The position numbers were made by a program, and so were the translations under genes. Below are positions 38,343 through 53,729 of a stretch of DNA of 64,000 bases, one piece after another. Source of the stretch: Eledone cirrhosa (Eukaryota); contig OZ024741.1 of the NCBI GenBank assembly GCA_964016885.1, forward strand, positions 310,372,001-310,436,000. The letters run 5' to 3'. Each line of letters begins with the position of its first letter. Position 1 is the first letter of the stretch. The notes beneath the pieces are model-generated. The model was not told the DNA's origin. It saw nothing but the letters and a program-made list of their open reading frames with translations, and made no database searches.

Positions 38343-40820
38343 TCTATATATATATAAAGGGAAGATGGACATTGTTTGGTGTTCCCAACTTGCATGCTAC
38401 ACCGTTCATTGAATTTTCATGAAAACTCACACATATATAAAACTTAACGCGTAGAGTGGAATAGGCTACTTGAAATTTTCGAAAAATCGATAATCGGGCC
38501 CTATGACAGAATGTTTTTCGATTCCAATGAAATTTTATGTGAATTCGAACACAAGAACTCTTAGTTTACATCTGGCGCAATAAAAATAAATTTCATATGC
38601 CCATATAAGGACGTGCGTTATTGATTGGACGGCCAGCTGCATGTCTTCCCAGCTGTCCCAGTAAACGACCGACCATTAAAGAGTTTATCTTTTCATATTC
38701 CACCTTATTCAAGTGGAAATACAGTATTATCCCTATCTGAAAAGGGAACCAAATTTAATGGTGTCTTTTGTGATGCTAAAAGCTGTGAGTAAATTTTCAA
38801 ACAGTCTTAAATAATCATGCTTTTTTAAAAAAAAAATTACTAAATAATACGTTGACCAAGTTGTATTGTACACATACAGAGTTGTAAAAAATGTTACTTC
38901 CGTACCAATGTTTTCCTTTTTTAAACAAAAGATTCTAAAAAAATTACTTAATTTATAATACAGTCTTTTGCACAGGAAGTGAGTAACTTTTCGTGTGTTT
39001 AAACGTAAGTTCACCAGGGTTTGTGTCTTCATTATTAGCCCACCTCTAATGGCATTTTTTGTTCTGCTTACGACTAAATGTTATGAGCAATTAATTGCGC
39101 ACACGTGCACACCTGCATGCAGATAGTCACTGACAGCCAATAAAAAATCGATAACTTGCTTATTAAGATATCGGTCAAAAAGAGAGATTGAATGTACTTT
39201 AGAACATTTTTTGAATATATTGTTCTTTTTGGCATGATATGTCAGAAATATAGCTACTATACACTTTGGTTATTTTTTGTAACTAAAAAACGGTTCCTTT
39301 TGGGTGGATATTTAACGAGAAAAATCCTAGGGTTTTGGACAAATTTGTTTCAGGCGCTGTATAGACGCCTATTTTGTCACACCTTGGTCATGAATTCGTA
39401 TTCTTTTCCAATAGATATTTTCCGCTCTATAAGGCTCACCAGGATATAAGGCGTATCATTTAAAATCAGGTCCGCGCAACGGCGTGTAAGGCCAACCAAG
39501 AAAATGCTATCTTCTTTACTTTTAGTCTAGATCTATTACTTCTGTTAGAGCCGTGATTGATTACCATTGTATTATTTATACAGAAGGCTCACCGGAGTAT
39601 AAAGCGCAGAGCTGTTTTTTGATTAAATTTAATTAAGTTATTGTAATCATATTTCCAAACCTTCCCATTCACCAGTAACCATGCTAACGAATCTGGTGTC
39701 ATCTCTCTCTGTATTTGATCACCTCTCTCTAACCTAACAGCTTCATTACACGTCGTTATTCCCAAACGGAAACGTTCAAGACTTACCTCCAAAATAGGTA
39801 CAGCTACTGCTTTGAGACAACGAATTAGGCGTTCTCAGGTATGAGTTCATTCACAATTGATTAATCCTTTATGCAATATTCTCCCTTAATGTTAGCAAGT
39901 ACTGCGTTTATCCTAACTGTCACAACTTTTAAGCAACTACAACATTCTAATCGTAGTTATATTAAATATATTGTCTTACCTTGATTCCCTTTTGTTCATG
40001 TTAGACTTTTATCATTTACTATTGACACTGCCATTGGTTTAGCTAACCAGTAAAATTAATTAATTTTCTCTAGGAAACACCTGCTGAGCGCGAATCTCGA
40101 CTCGCTGATAGACGTCTTTCCCGGCTGGTTGAGTCACTAACATCACATACGACAAGGCTTGCTGATGTTCGCCTTCGTCGCCAACAAGCGCTGACGGAGG
40201 AATCACCAACATCCCGTCAGACGAGGCTTGAGGCTGTGGCAAAGGGCAATAACCCTAGATACAATTTTGATCAACTTTTTTTCACCTTTAGCAAATTTAC
40301 CGGGACAGGTTTTTAGCTACTCAAATCTACTTCAGAGATCACGCATTGATGTAAAAAATCAATAAAACTGAAGCGGGGCTCGACTTTGCGCAAAAAATAA
40401 GGCAAAGTTACACATGGGAAAACCTTTTACAGGAACGTCCTATATTCTTGAAAACTGCCACAAAAGACTCGCCATTATGCCGCGGTTAAGATAAAGGCCC
40501 TTTTAATTCTTCTTCTGCAAATGTGAGCGCAAAAATTGTAAAAAAAAAAAAACCTGAAAGTAATCGACATTTTCACCCTGCTTCAAATTAACTGAACATT
40601 CAATATCAAGCGATTTTGACTTCTGTCAGTCGTGCAGAGAACAATTTCAACGATACACTGTGTAACTACAATTAATAAATTACATACCTGTGTCTACTAA
40701 CCTATTTTTCTTCATTGAAGTTCGAAGTTTTGAACCTGTGATGCGCGGGAAGTAATTTTCACACATTCTAACAGACCAAAGGTCGACTTACACCCGGGCA
40801 ACGCCGGGTACTTCTGCTAG
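38343..40820 (+). mobile_element. Non-autonomous Helitron
   Basis: A^TC(TATATA) 5' end; 3' GC hairpin acccggg-caa-cgccgggt followed by CTAG^T; internal STPR-like Rep/Hel N-terminal remnant. Confidence 0.88.
39758..40250 (+). pseudogene. Spliced N-terminal remnant of a Helitron protein (STPR-like repeats)
   Basis: Exon 39758-39838 (I/M)PKRKRSRLTSKIGTATALRQRIRRSQ |gtatga...ttttctctag| exon from 40074 ETPAERESRLADRR...EESPTSRQTRLEA. Confidence 0.7.
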
Positions 40821-40841
40821 TATATATATATTTATATATAT

Positions 40842-40933
<92 letters not shown>

Positions 40934-40934
40934 A

Positions 40935-41581
40935 GGCTTTTAATTAAGCATACAGGGTATTGCAAAATATACTTTATATACATTCATATATATATATATC
41001 GTTATTTCAGAGCACCAATTCTAATTTTCAATTTCTGCTTGACCGGCAACCGCTGTGTATAATCAGTTCCTGATTATTACTAGAATTCTTTAAGAATCAA
41101 ACATTCATAATTTTCAGCAAACAGGTGGAGTACTTGGCTTTGATAAGTACCAATCAGTACGAAACAGAGCTCTGCCAGCTTTATGCCCCCTGTTTGCTTA
41201 AAGTTTAAAGTAAGTGAGACTGTAACTACTCTAAAACAATAGGGTAAGGTCTTCGAAATGCTTTTCATTAAGCATACAGTGTATTGCAAAATACACTATA
41301 TATACATTCATATATATATCGCTATTTCAGAGCACCAATTCTAATTTTCAATTTCTGCTTGACCGGCAACCGCTCTGTATAATCAGTTCCTGATTATTAC
41401 TAGAATTCTATAAGAATCAAACATTCATGATTTTCAGCAAACAGGTGGAGTACTTGGCTTTGATAAGTACCAATCAGTACGAAACAGAGCTCTGTCAGCT
41501 TTATCTCTCCTCTTTGCTGAAAATTTAAAGTAAGTGAGACTGTCACTACTATAAAACAATAGCGTAAGTTCTTCGAAATGC
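40935..41581. repeat. 320-bp tandem repeat (2 units; array resumes at 46670-47090)
   Basis: 'tatttcagagcaccaattctaattttcaatttctg' at 41003, 41323 and about 46785. Confidence 0.85.
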
Positions 41582-44500
41582 AATACACATCCCAACAACA
41601 ACAGACACACAGACACAAACAACGATAACAACAACACACACATCAACATCAACAATAATAACATACCCAGAAACAACAACGACAGACACGCAGACACAAA
41701 CAACAATAACAACACACACAACAATAATAACATACACGGAGACAACAACAACAACACACATCAACAACAGCACACACCAACAACAACAACAACACACACA
41801 CATTCTATGCCTCTCACCACCACCACAATCTTAACAAACACACAGACACAGAAAACATGTAATGACAGTAACACAGAAATAAGGGAAGGTAATAGGATTG
41901 AAAGGAGAAGGGAGCCTATCAATACTGACAGAGAAAATAACCAGGACGAACACACAGACACACTAAATAGAATAGATAATAACAATGAGTCAGAGGAAAG
42001 AGACAGGAGTAATAATGAGAGATATAGAAACAACCATGAGTCTGTTGGTGGAAATAGAAATAGAAACAACACAACTAACAACAACAATAGCAATAGTACA
42101 CATAACGCAGCAGCCTGGAACTCTACATTTTATAATCCTTCCGATAAGTCTTTCGACCTACGACGAGTCCAATCCCACGACTTTAGCTTTTAACAAACGC
42201 ACGCAATTGCCGTCGCAGGTCGATGAACAAACAGAAGCACAATTTAGTATAGCTAGATCTAAACTTAGAAATATTATAGAACAGTATAGCAAGAAGCAAA
42301 GTAGAATGGAGACCCAGTAACTGGGAGAAAAATCTGCAAATGGCTTGCGTAAGCTCATGCGGCGCTCGTGTAATGGAGAGATTGCATGCTTTCCAACAGA
42401 CAAGTCTGGCAGAATGTCGGTTGACAGTCTGTCAAACTACATCCAGGCAATGCAACCCTACATCACTAACACAAGAGAAGTAACACCACAAGAGCATGAG
42501 GATAGGGAAACAACCGTCAATGCTCATATGATGATGTGGACAAATATAATGCAGCCCAACAAAAGGACTGCCAACAACTTCCAGGCCTGGATCAATGACG
42601 TGCCAGCGTTGTTTGGGCTTCGAAAAGACCATAAAACAAGCAGTGACGCTGTCACAGGACCACAAACACGGCCAGTCTGTGGAGCTAACATTGCTAGTAT
42701 CTACAGACTTTCCTAATTCCTCTCCCTGATCATACGCCCCATCCTTGAAATGTCCCCAGATATATGTGACAGCACGGAGGACCTCCTCAGCAGAATCGAC
42801 GAGAGTAACCGATCTAGGGACCTAACAGACTGCACAATAGGTAGTATGGATGTTGTGTCCCTATATCCATCTATTAACGTGGATTTTGCTGTGGAGAAAT
42901 GCGTAGAAATGATCAGTGAGAGCAAGGTTGAATTCCGTGGGATTGATACCAGTGAGCTGGGACTCCTACTTAAACTTACCTATAGTAATGATTATCTAGA
43001 TACATATGACCTTAGCAAACTGTGCCCTACAAGAGCAGCAAGAGGCAGACCACCTACCATTACCTCAATGGCCAAGAAAACCCACACAGATAGATGGAAC
43101 GTGTGGACCAGAGCCATACGGACCCCGAAAACCACGATGAACTAAAGAAAATGATTGCACATGCGGTGGGGGCCAGTATAAAATTAACCCTTAAGGAATA
43201 TATGTTCAAATTTAATGGAAAAACATATGCCCAAAAGGAGGGAAAAACCATTGGTGTTTGCATTGCAGGTGACATAGCTAACCTATTCATGGTATGGTGG
43301 GACAATAGACTTAAACTTAAACTTAAAGAACAATTAGAAGACAGCAACCTCTTAACCCTGATAATGTACTCCAGCTACGTTGATGATATAAACATCGTAG
43401 TAAACCTCCCCACTAGAGAACAGTCAAGAATTAGAGAAAAACACCACGGAAAGCATCCAACAAATAGCTAACTCCATCACCAGAGTATTAGAGTTACTAT
43501 AGACTACCCAAGCAAACACCCCAATCATCGATTACCTGTGCTAGGCACAGAGCTCTGGTTAGATACCATTAATAACAAAAAACAAATCCTCCATTCCCAT
43601 TATGCCAAACCCATGACTTCCAAATATCTGATCCACCGAAACTCAGCTGTTTCGGACCATACCAAAATCAACATACTGATTGCGGATTCGGTACGGGTGA
43701 TGAGAAACGTGTCCCGCATGTGCAACCCCGAAGAACTAGAGAGACACATACTACACTTCATCCACCGTATGCAGTTCTCTGGTTACAATCAGAGAGATAA
43801 AATCAGAGTATATAGAGGAGCCAGAACCAAATGGGAAAAAATGGTAAATAATGATACAAATGGGACCTGCCCCTTGTATAGGAGCAAATTTTGGAATAGA
43901 ATAGAAAGAACTAGGAATAAGGTTAATAGAATAAACTCATGGTATGATATCAATAAATACCAGAGTGTAATGTTCATCGATACAACTCCTAGAGGTGAAT
44001 TAGCTTACAAATTTAGAAGGGCCCTAGATAAACATAAACTCAATATTAAGATAGTAGAAAGACCAGGTACCTCCATAAAAACACTTATTAGCAATACATA
44101 CCCTTTTCAAAGACCTCCCTGTATAGATAAGAAATGTATAATCTGTAAATTAAGCCCCCATGTTAACTGTAAAACTAGAAATGTAGTGTATAGCATAAGA
44201 TGTACTGAAGGACAATGTAGAGATAAGAATATAGCACATAGGTGAGACAGCTCGTAGTATAGGAGAACGGATAAATGAACACTGGCGAGAGCTTCAAGAT
44301 AGTAAAGAATCATCTGTACTCCACCAACATGCTAAAATAGAACATAAGTGTAAATTAGAGAACATAGAAATAAAAATAGAAGCTACACACAGAAAAGACG
44401 CAATGTTTAGACAAATCACAGAGACAATAAACATAAACGAACTCCAACCAAAATTAAATAGAAAACATGAATGGAACAGCAACATCACAACTTACAATTA

Positions 44501-44895
44501 AGGACAAAATGAAAACACACACGTACATAGAACAAACAACCAACCGGTAACATGGAAATAAACAAATAAGTTAACAAATATAAACACACACAGACACCCG
44601 GATGTAACACATGCGCAAACTAAGCACACAACACACACAAAAACAAGATGGCGTAGGACAGAACAAAGCAGAGGCACAAAAACAAAGAAACGAATCCCAG
44701 TCACTGAAGAGGTCACAGAATGTGTGACGAAAGAACTTTGACAATATATGAACAATTGTCTGGTTGTGGAATCAATCAACCAACCGGAAATTTATAAATT
44801 GCTAAATTTATAAATTTAATTTATAATAAATTGAAGTGAAAGCAACTGGTGCGTGTGTTTCTCATTGGGAACATGACCCTCCCAAAGTATAACAA
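41582..44895 (+). mobile_element. Penelope-like element (second family), near full length, disrupted
   Basis: PTDKSGR, LFGLRKDHK, TRPVCGA, GSMDVVSLYPSI, YAQKEG..IG, YVDDINIV, HYAKPM, then CK..NVVYSIRC...IGETARSIGERINEH (GIY-YIG). Ends in (TA)n. Confidence 0.92.
44700..44742 (+). ncRNA. Minimal hammerhead (second copy 53065-53107)
   Basis: gtca-CTGAAGA-g gtcaca gaatg tgtgac-GAAA-g aa c-TT(TA in copy 2)-tgac. Confidence 0.8.
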
Positions 44896-45045
44896 TATAT
44901 ATATATATATTATTAGAAATGTATTCTGTCGCCGTATTTTGACTAAAGAAATTAAAGAAATTATTTAGCCTGATAGTGGGGTTAAGAACCCTCGGAGAAA
45001 TTGAAAAAGATGAGTATTGACGTACATGGGAGCCGAAAATATTCT

Positions 45046-45079
<34 letters not shown>

Positions 45080-45086
<7 letters not shown>

Positions 45087-46590
45087 ATAGATCAAAAGAT
45101 GTTTAAAAGAGTTCCGTGTATTTTATTATGCGCATTTCAAAAACAAATATCATCATGCAATAACATTTGTGTTTTCATCAGATAAAATAGGAAGACATGA
45201 TATGAAGGTTAAAAAACACTTGTGAATAGTGCAGTTTTAAATCAACATATGAAAAGTAGTTTTAGATTGATGTGTGATATTTTGAAAAAAAAAAAAAATT
45301 GAGGTGGGGGGGTTGGAAAGGATGAAAAAGAGGAGGAGATGAGAGTAAAAAGTGGAGGGTGAGGAGTATAATGAGGAAGGATGAGATAGGAGGAGAGATG
45401 GATGATAGAGAGAGAGAGAGAGCTTTTATAACTGAGAAAAATATATTGTTTTACATAGGTTGAAAAACCGTTGGAAGATAATATATAAATTAAAAGAATT
45501 TGAAAATTAACGAAGAGAAAAATAATGTTAAGTTAAGGTTTGTATATTGAAGGGTTTAATAATATGTGCGATGAAAAGAAATTGTTAATATGTATTAAGA
45601 ATAATATTTAAGGGTTTAATATGTGCGATCGAAAGAAAATGTTAATATGTATTAAGAATAATATTTAAGGGTTTAATATGTGCGATCGAAAGAAAATGTT
45701 AATATGTATTAAGAATAATATTTAAGGGTTTAATAATATGTGCGATGGAAATAAAATGTTGATATGTATTATTAAAAAAACAATAGTAAAGTAAGTAAGG
45801 ATATATTAGATGAGCATGAAAGGGAGAAAAAAATAATGAATTGAGGATGAATAATCTAACGTCAAAAAAATGTTTATGTTTACGAAGGATTTTTTCAAGG
45901 TGGTATAAAGTAAGAATATATTGTACTGTGTAATAATTGTTTCTATGTTAGGCATAATGAGAAAAGGTACAGATAAGGGGTTAGAAATTAAAAGAAAAAG
46001 GAAAAGAAAAGGAAAAGGAAGAAAGGGAAGTGATAAATAGGAGTGATATAAAATGAGTAACTAGTATTATATAATGTATAATAAATAACTTCGAAATAAG
46101 GTAGAAGGATGGGTATATTTTTAAAGAAGTATATATATATATATGTGCCTTTGAGAAAAGGATTTTAAATTGATAAAGTATTAGATATTAGCTGTATACT
46201 TTATGGAATGTTCTGTGGAATTTATGCAAGGAGAGAGAAAACAAGTCAGTGCATCTATTTATTATAGAAACTAAATTAGATATAATGGTAAATTTTTCAT
46301 TTAAAAAGAGATTGCAAGTCTTGGATAGAGAACTGTTCAAGTATGTAGAAGCAGAAGAAACCTTTTTCCAAGAGATGTTATATTTAATATTTTTGTCTTT
46401 CAAAGACCATATGAGTTCTGAGAGTGCCGTGTTGGTTCTTTTAAGTTGGTATTTAAAAGACGAATGATGATTATAAAGACAAGCTTTAAAGGAGGTGGAA
46501 GTGGAGCCAAAATAGGTGAAGGAATTGGTTTTTGAAATGCGCATAATAAAATACATGGAACTCTTTTAACTATCTTTTGATCTTATATAT
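45080..46590 (-). mobile_element. 5'-truncated PLE with GIY-YIG remnant and inverted terminal copy
   Basis: ORF 46188-46556 (YFGSTSTSFKACLYNHHSSF..TALSELIWSLK..CNLFLNEK). 46530-46590 is the inverted copy of 45085-45145. Contains a 58-bp tandem repeat at 45550-45770. Confidence 0.85.
45119..45189 (-). ncRNA. Type-I hammerhead ribozyme
   Basis: Minus strand: tattttat-CTGATGA-aaacacaaatgtt...atatttgttttt-GAAA-tgcgca-TA-ataaaata. Confidence 0.85.
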
Positions 46591-47077
46591 TATGTATACT
46601 CCAGTCCTACAAACTGTAGAATGCTTCTTATCCGATATCTGCATTGCTTTATTGTACTACTACTGTGTTAAGTAAGCGACAATGTCGCTACTTTTAGACA
46701 ATAGCGTATGGTCCTCAAAATGCTTTTAATTAAGCATACAGTGTATTGCAAAATACACTATATATACATTCATATATATATCATTATTTCAGAGCACCAA
46801 TTCTAATTTTCAATTTCTGTTGGGCCGGCGACCGCTCTGTAAAATCAGTTCCTGATTCTTACTGGTATTCTATAAGAATCCAACACACATAATTTTTGGC
46901 AGACGGGGGGAGTAGTGATTTTTGAAGAGTACCAAAAAGTACAAAACAGCGTTGTCAACTTATCTCACCCTGTCTGCCGAAAATATAAGTAAGCGACAAT
47001 GTCCTTACTTTAAAACAATAGCGTATGGTCTTCAAAATGCTTGTAATTAAGCATACAGTGTATTGCAAAATACACTA

Positions 47078-47435
<358 letters not shown>

Positions 47436-47761
47436 CAAACATAAATTATCGAGATTCGTATTTCGGCCCACGAAATAACGAAAAACAACCTCCGAGATGT
47501 GAGGCAAGTGCTCAATGATTCAGATGAACCAGAGCTATAACAAACGTTAAAGGCCAAACACACTGAGACGATGGTTAAACAATTATTCGCATAGCCCCCC
47601 CAAAAAACGATCAAGTAATTCGGGTATTGAAAATTTACCCGGACCCCTGGAAGGTTGGTAAAATCCAGTATTTGGGTTTCTGCGGCTCCTAAATCAAGTA
47701 CCGTCCGCTTATATAAATAATGTCAGGCTTCTGTTAAGATGATTGAACAAGGAAGCCACTT

Positions 47762-48108
<347 letters not shown>

Positions 48109-48544
48109 TTAGATGCATTATATATTAATAAAAAATAATCCTCAGCGAAATATGTGCAACGGAATTTAGTAAACCTGAATCAACTGAATATGGCCTCCGA
48201 TATTTTATTAATATATGTATGATGGCTGAAATTCGATTTCGAATATTGTCTTCGCTTGATACTTAAGCATGTGCATCACGGACATGGCTTTTCAGCCATG
48301 CTAGGGACTTGCCTATCACCAGCAATACCATGTAAAGCAAAAAATGTCACTTATTCAGCGATACTTATGCATGAAGCTATTTTAAGCGATGAAACTCTTT
48401 GCCCGGAGCCAATCCCACTCTCTGAAATTTGAATGCATTTGACCAAAAAGTAGAACTGGTCTACATCATTTGCAGGGTTTATGTCAGAGTCACCTTCTCC
48501 TAGAGAGCTGTCTTAATGAAGACTAGGATTCTCTCGATCCACAA

Positions 48545-51500
48545 TATATATATAATAAATGAGTCAAGAATAACATGGATCGGCTGTACATTAGGGTTTA
48601 TTCAAAGTATTAACAAATGTTTCATTAGTCCGTTGTGTCTAATTACCACTAATCGCAGTATGCCGCGGAACTCGATTTCAATTACAATTCACACGTGACT
48701 AAATTTTCAAAATACTGATTCTGTGTATATGATAGAGTGCGCTTGTGTTCATAGATACATGAAAAATAACAAGAATAATAATAAGAAGGAATGTATAGTG
48801 AATAGGAGGATATTGTGTCTTTAAAGATATGTGTCTTTAAAGAAAAAATACTTAATCACCGACGAAGTGCCGGTTATTCTTGCTTTCTATTAGTTGGTGG
48901 TGTAACTTTTGAAGTGTTAAAGAAAGCTTGCTCTCGTACGTGATTAACCATTAACTGTGGTAAGTATGTGTTAAAGTGGTGCGTTGGCGCCAATTTTGCA
49001 GACACTATAAATCATGGGAGTCGTATTGTTTACATGGATAATGAGATTGCTGGATCGAGTCTTGTTTATCTCGGTTTGTAATTCGAAAATTTACTAGCGG
49101 CTTTGTGCCTACAGAAAATTGTCCGCTCGATTTTGCTGTTTAGTAGCGTCTTATTATACTGTAGAATATGGAGTAATTCCATATTGCATAGTCTGCATTG
49201 GGACATCGCGTTTGTGTAGGCTTTTGCATTCGATAATTTCAACCAACTAATTCTATATCCTTGATTATTGTCCTTAAGCTGCCAGATTGTATTGACCAAC
49301 GTCGTTGTGTTACTGGGCCTCCGGTTCTTTATGGAATGCTGATGCACATACCATCGTGTTTTGTAGTCACCAGCCGTAGAACCTATGTAATACCACATAT
49401 GGTTGCCAATCTTAATAGTGCACATATATACTTACCGGAATCTAGGCATCTATTCTGTAGTGGGCATTTATCCGGCAGGTGGTAGTTACATTTGGACGCC
49501 TTCCTATGTGCTGATTCCTCGTTATAGTTCGATTTGTGGTTTGAGATAGGCTGGGATGCTGGTCTGTTTGTGTTTTGTTGTGACATATATCGACGGAAAG
49601 TCGGTTGTGATGCTGTTATGCGGTTGTTTTGTATTTGATGTTGAGGTGATGGTTTGTGGACTACAGTCTTTAGAGATTCTCCTGGAGTTTTTTTTACGTG
49701 TGATTCGATGTTCGCTGCAGTAGAGTAAGAGAGCTTAATAGTTTTTCTATTGAAGATTCTATGTTATGTGTGTGGTTTAGGGAAGTGCTTATCGATTATA
49801 TTAAAGAATATAGATGGAAGGTTGGTCTGTAAGTAGGATTTGAAAATTGGATTGAACCACAAATACCTCTTATTTCAGGATTTCTTGGAGTTTCCGGAGG
49901 TTCCCATGCTCATATTCTGTTCAGCTATTCTATGTGTCTGTTGTTTATTTTTATGTCTAGTCCTATATCTGTTATTGCTATTAGGGCGGGTGGCGTAGTT
50001 GCCACTGGGTTTGTATTTGTTGCTGTCGTCGCTATCGTGTATGTATTTGAGCCCCTCTTTGTCGCCTGCTTTACGTAAATCTGTGTTACTGTAGTTTGTG
50101 TGTTCCTTAAATATTTCTAGATTAGAAGACAGTTGGGATATTCTAAGGGATATACCGTGTGCTATTGATTTAATTATGGAGCGTGGATGGTTTGAGTTAT
50201 AACTAATGTAGCCTAGGTTTTCATTATTTTTATGGAAAGTCTCAATTAGTCTTATGTTTAAGTTAAGTGTTACATCTAGGAATTTTCCTTTTTTTAAATT
50301 CTGCTCGATGTTTTTCCGTAAACATTCTATGCTTTGATTGTTCGTGTTTTTAGCTAAAAGGAGCAGATCGTCTCTATAAATTCCTCCTTGGAGGTTACTG
50401 AATTCCTTATGTATGTTGTGGGCTATATAAATTCCTACTATATCCGTGACTTGCACTGAGTCGTTAGACCCAATAGTAATGTCAAAGCTATTTTGTCGTC
50501 TATCCCGTCGTTCCTAGTAATGATTCTCGAATTTAATGATAGTTCTCCTAGCAGCTAGTATTATTCTAATTTCACCCATAGTTAAGTCTGAATTTTTCCG
50601 GGCAAAATATAGTGCCTTATTTGGGATGACTGGAGATATGGTTGAGTAATAAGCACGAATATCGAACTGTCTGAAATTAGATGTTTCCCTATTGTCTATT
50701 TTATTTAATCAGTTGACACCCTCGCTAGTTCTACATCATACTTTTATTCTTAGTTTATCTTTGATTTGTGTAATTACCCTATCTAGTATATGTTTGCTAA
50801 TTCTACCTATATCGGATTTTGATGGGCATATCAGTCTAATTGTAGGGTTCGTTTCGAAGTTATTTTTGTGACTTTTCAGATTAAAAGTGGGGCTCCATGG
50901 GGGTAGAGGCTCTGTTCTATCAGTAGGTTATAGTTTTCTTCACTATAATAAACCCTTCGTTGTTGATGCCCTCAAGTGTAGCTTCAAGGGTTTTCTTGCA
51001 TTTTTTGTGTAGTTCACGGCGGCGTATAAAGCTGTTGTAGGTGTCTCAGCTCATGGTGTATACGTTCGATGTTTTGTCCGCTTTAAATATAATTCCGTCA
51101 GTATTGCATAGTTTTTCAAAAGTGCATTGATGTCATTCTGTAGTTTGTTGGGACCAGTGCGTTTTTTGAAACTTAATTCCATTTATAATGTTCATGAGGT
51201 CGAGTTCAAAAGCGTCAAGCTTGGTTCAAAAGCGTCAAAAACTTGGTGGGTTTTTACAAGATTTAAATCCGTGTTTCCCTCAGTATCAATTATGTGTCCT
51301 TTGTCGTAATGATATGCTTTCCATCGGATTCGATGGTTAAAGTCACTGGTGCGCTGTATCATGCCTAGTGTATAATCCCTGTTTGGAGGAATAGGTAAAA
51401 TTTTAGTGACATGCCTATGTTATGATTTTCCATGTTAATGCCGGGCGTTAAAGTTGTTGCTCAACTTGGTGGGAGCTAATTATATAAGTTAACGAGGTAT

Positions 51501-51830
51501 CGTTTAAGGTAATCCAAGTACAGGTTATGAGTACTGTGTATCGAGAATAGTTTTAACGTTCGGCGTCGTTTCAATCATCAAGAAGTTTATTAGTTGTGGT
51601 GTTCGGGTGGCAGATTCAAGACAGTTCCTAGGTAAGTGGTTCCTGGAGTATTAATAATAAAGGAGTGAAGAATAACACGGATCTGATATACGATAAGGCT
51701 TATTCGAAGTATTAACAAATGTTGCATTAGTCCGGTGTGTCTAAAAACCGCTATTCGCAGTATGGTGCAGCACCCGATTTTAATTACAATTGACACCCGA
51801 CCAAATATATATTTCAAAACATATATATAT
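48545..51830 (-). mobile_element. Penelope-like element (Hydra-like), decayed full length, with direct pseudo-LTRs
   Basis: FKADKTSN, IRLICPSKSDIG, QFDIRAYY, FDITIGS, IYRDDLL, WFNP, CPLQNRC, YYIGST...CRLCNME. Direct repeats at about 48595-48705 and 51695-51805. Confidence 0.9.
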
Positions 51831-51999
51831 CAGGATAGAACTAGTTTGAAACTCGTTAGACCATTACTCTACAGAATACTCGATACTTGGGGTAGTAGAG
51901 TATGACTCTATTATAATTAGGCAGTATCCGAGGACTGATACATTGCCGCTTCAAAAACTAGTTCGAGAGTCTGGTGCTAGCTGATCTCTCCTCATCTCA

Positions 52000-53256
52000 A
52001 CTAGCTGTTTCGGACCATACCAAAATCAACATACTGATTGCGGATTTGGTACGGGTGATGAGAAATGTGTCCCGCATGTGTGAACCCCGAAGAACTAGAG
52101 AGACACATACAACACTTCATCCACCGTATGCAGTTCTCTGGCTACAATCAGAGAGATAAAATCAGAGTGTATAGAGGAGCCAGAACCAAATGGGAAAAAA
52201 TGGTAAATAATGACATAAATGGGACCTGCCCCTTGTATAGGAGCAAATTTTGGAATAGAATAGAAAGAACTAGGAATAAGGCTAATAGAATAAACTCATG
52301 GTATGATAGCAATAAATACCAGAGTGTAATGTTCATCGATACAACCCCTAGAGGTGAATTAGCTTACAAATTTAGAAGGGCCCTAAATAAACATAAACTC
52401 AATATTAAGATAGTAGAAAGACCAGGTACCTCCGTAAAAAACACTTATTAGCAAGACATACCCTTTTCAAAGACCCTCATGTATAGATAAGAAATGTATA
52501 ACCTGTAAAATAAGCCCCCATATTAACTGTAAAACTAGAAATGTAGTGTATAGCATAAGATGTACTGAAGGACAATGTAGAGACAAAAATATAGTGTACA
52601 TAGGTGAGACAGCCCGTAGTGTAGGGGAACGGATAAATGAACACTGGCGAGACCTTCAAGATAATAAAGAATCATCTGTACTCTACCAACATGCTAAAAT
52701 AGAACACAAGGGTAAATTAGAGAACATATAAATAAAAATAGAATCTACACACAGAAAAGACGCAATGTTTAGACAAATTACAGAGGCAATAAACATAAAA
52801 GAATTACAACCAAAATTAAATAGAAAATATGAGTGGAACAGCAACATCACAACTTACAATTAAGGACAACATGAAAACACACACACACATAGAACAAACA
52901 ACCAACCAGTAACATGTAAATAAACAAATAAATAAATGAACATAAACACACACAGACACCCGGATGTGGCGCATGCGCAGACTGAGCACACAACACACAC
53001 ACAGAAACAAAATGGCGTAGGACAGAACAAAGGAGAGGCACAGAAACAAAGAAAGGAATCCCCAGTCACTGAAGAGACCACAGAGTGTGTGACGAAAGAA
53101 CTATGACAATATATAAACAACTATCTGGTTGTGGAACCAACCAACCAACCAGAAATTTATAAATTTATAAATTTATTATAAATTTATTATAATAAATTGA
53201 AGTGAAAGCAGCTGGTGCGTGTGTTTCTTATTGGCAACATGACTCTCCCAAAGTAT

Positions 53257-53262
<6 letters not shown>
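52000..53262 (+). mobile_element. 3' fragment of the 41582-44895 PLE family
   Basis: Colinear with 43645-44895; intact VYIGETARS motif and HHR. Confidence 0.93.
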
Positions 53263-53310
<48 letters not shown>

Positions 53311-53614
53311 TCAGGTGTTGTTTCTGCATGGTGAATATAAGTTAATAGAGTGCTCAACCGAGGGAGCCAAATAGTAATAATAATATATATATATATATTA
53401 ATCCCGGTTTCAATCGGAGGTAACAGTGTAAGTATGGAACAAATGACAATTGTAGGGTGTAAATATCACGTTTAATATAGACATGCTTTCTACAGTACTA
53501 GAACTATTTCATTCAAAAGTAATCACCAGGAAAGCCCTTTCCTGGTAATTTCTTTGGATGAAACAACTCTAGTCCTGTAGATGCGATTTCTATATTAAAC
53601 ATCACATTTACAAA

Positions 53615-53699
<85 letters not shown>

Positions 53700-53729
53700 G
53701 CAAACGTATATATATATATATATATATAT

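Noticed and set aside
39589-39792. Minus-strand 67-aa ORF as a captured gene in the Helitron
   Set aside because: No recognisable domain; the plus-strand spliced STPR reading explains the region better.
45550-45770. CRISPR-like periodicity
   Set aside because: A simple 58-bp tandem repeat with no unique spacers, in a eukaryotic context.
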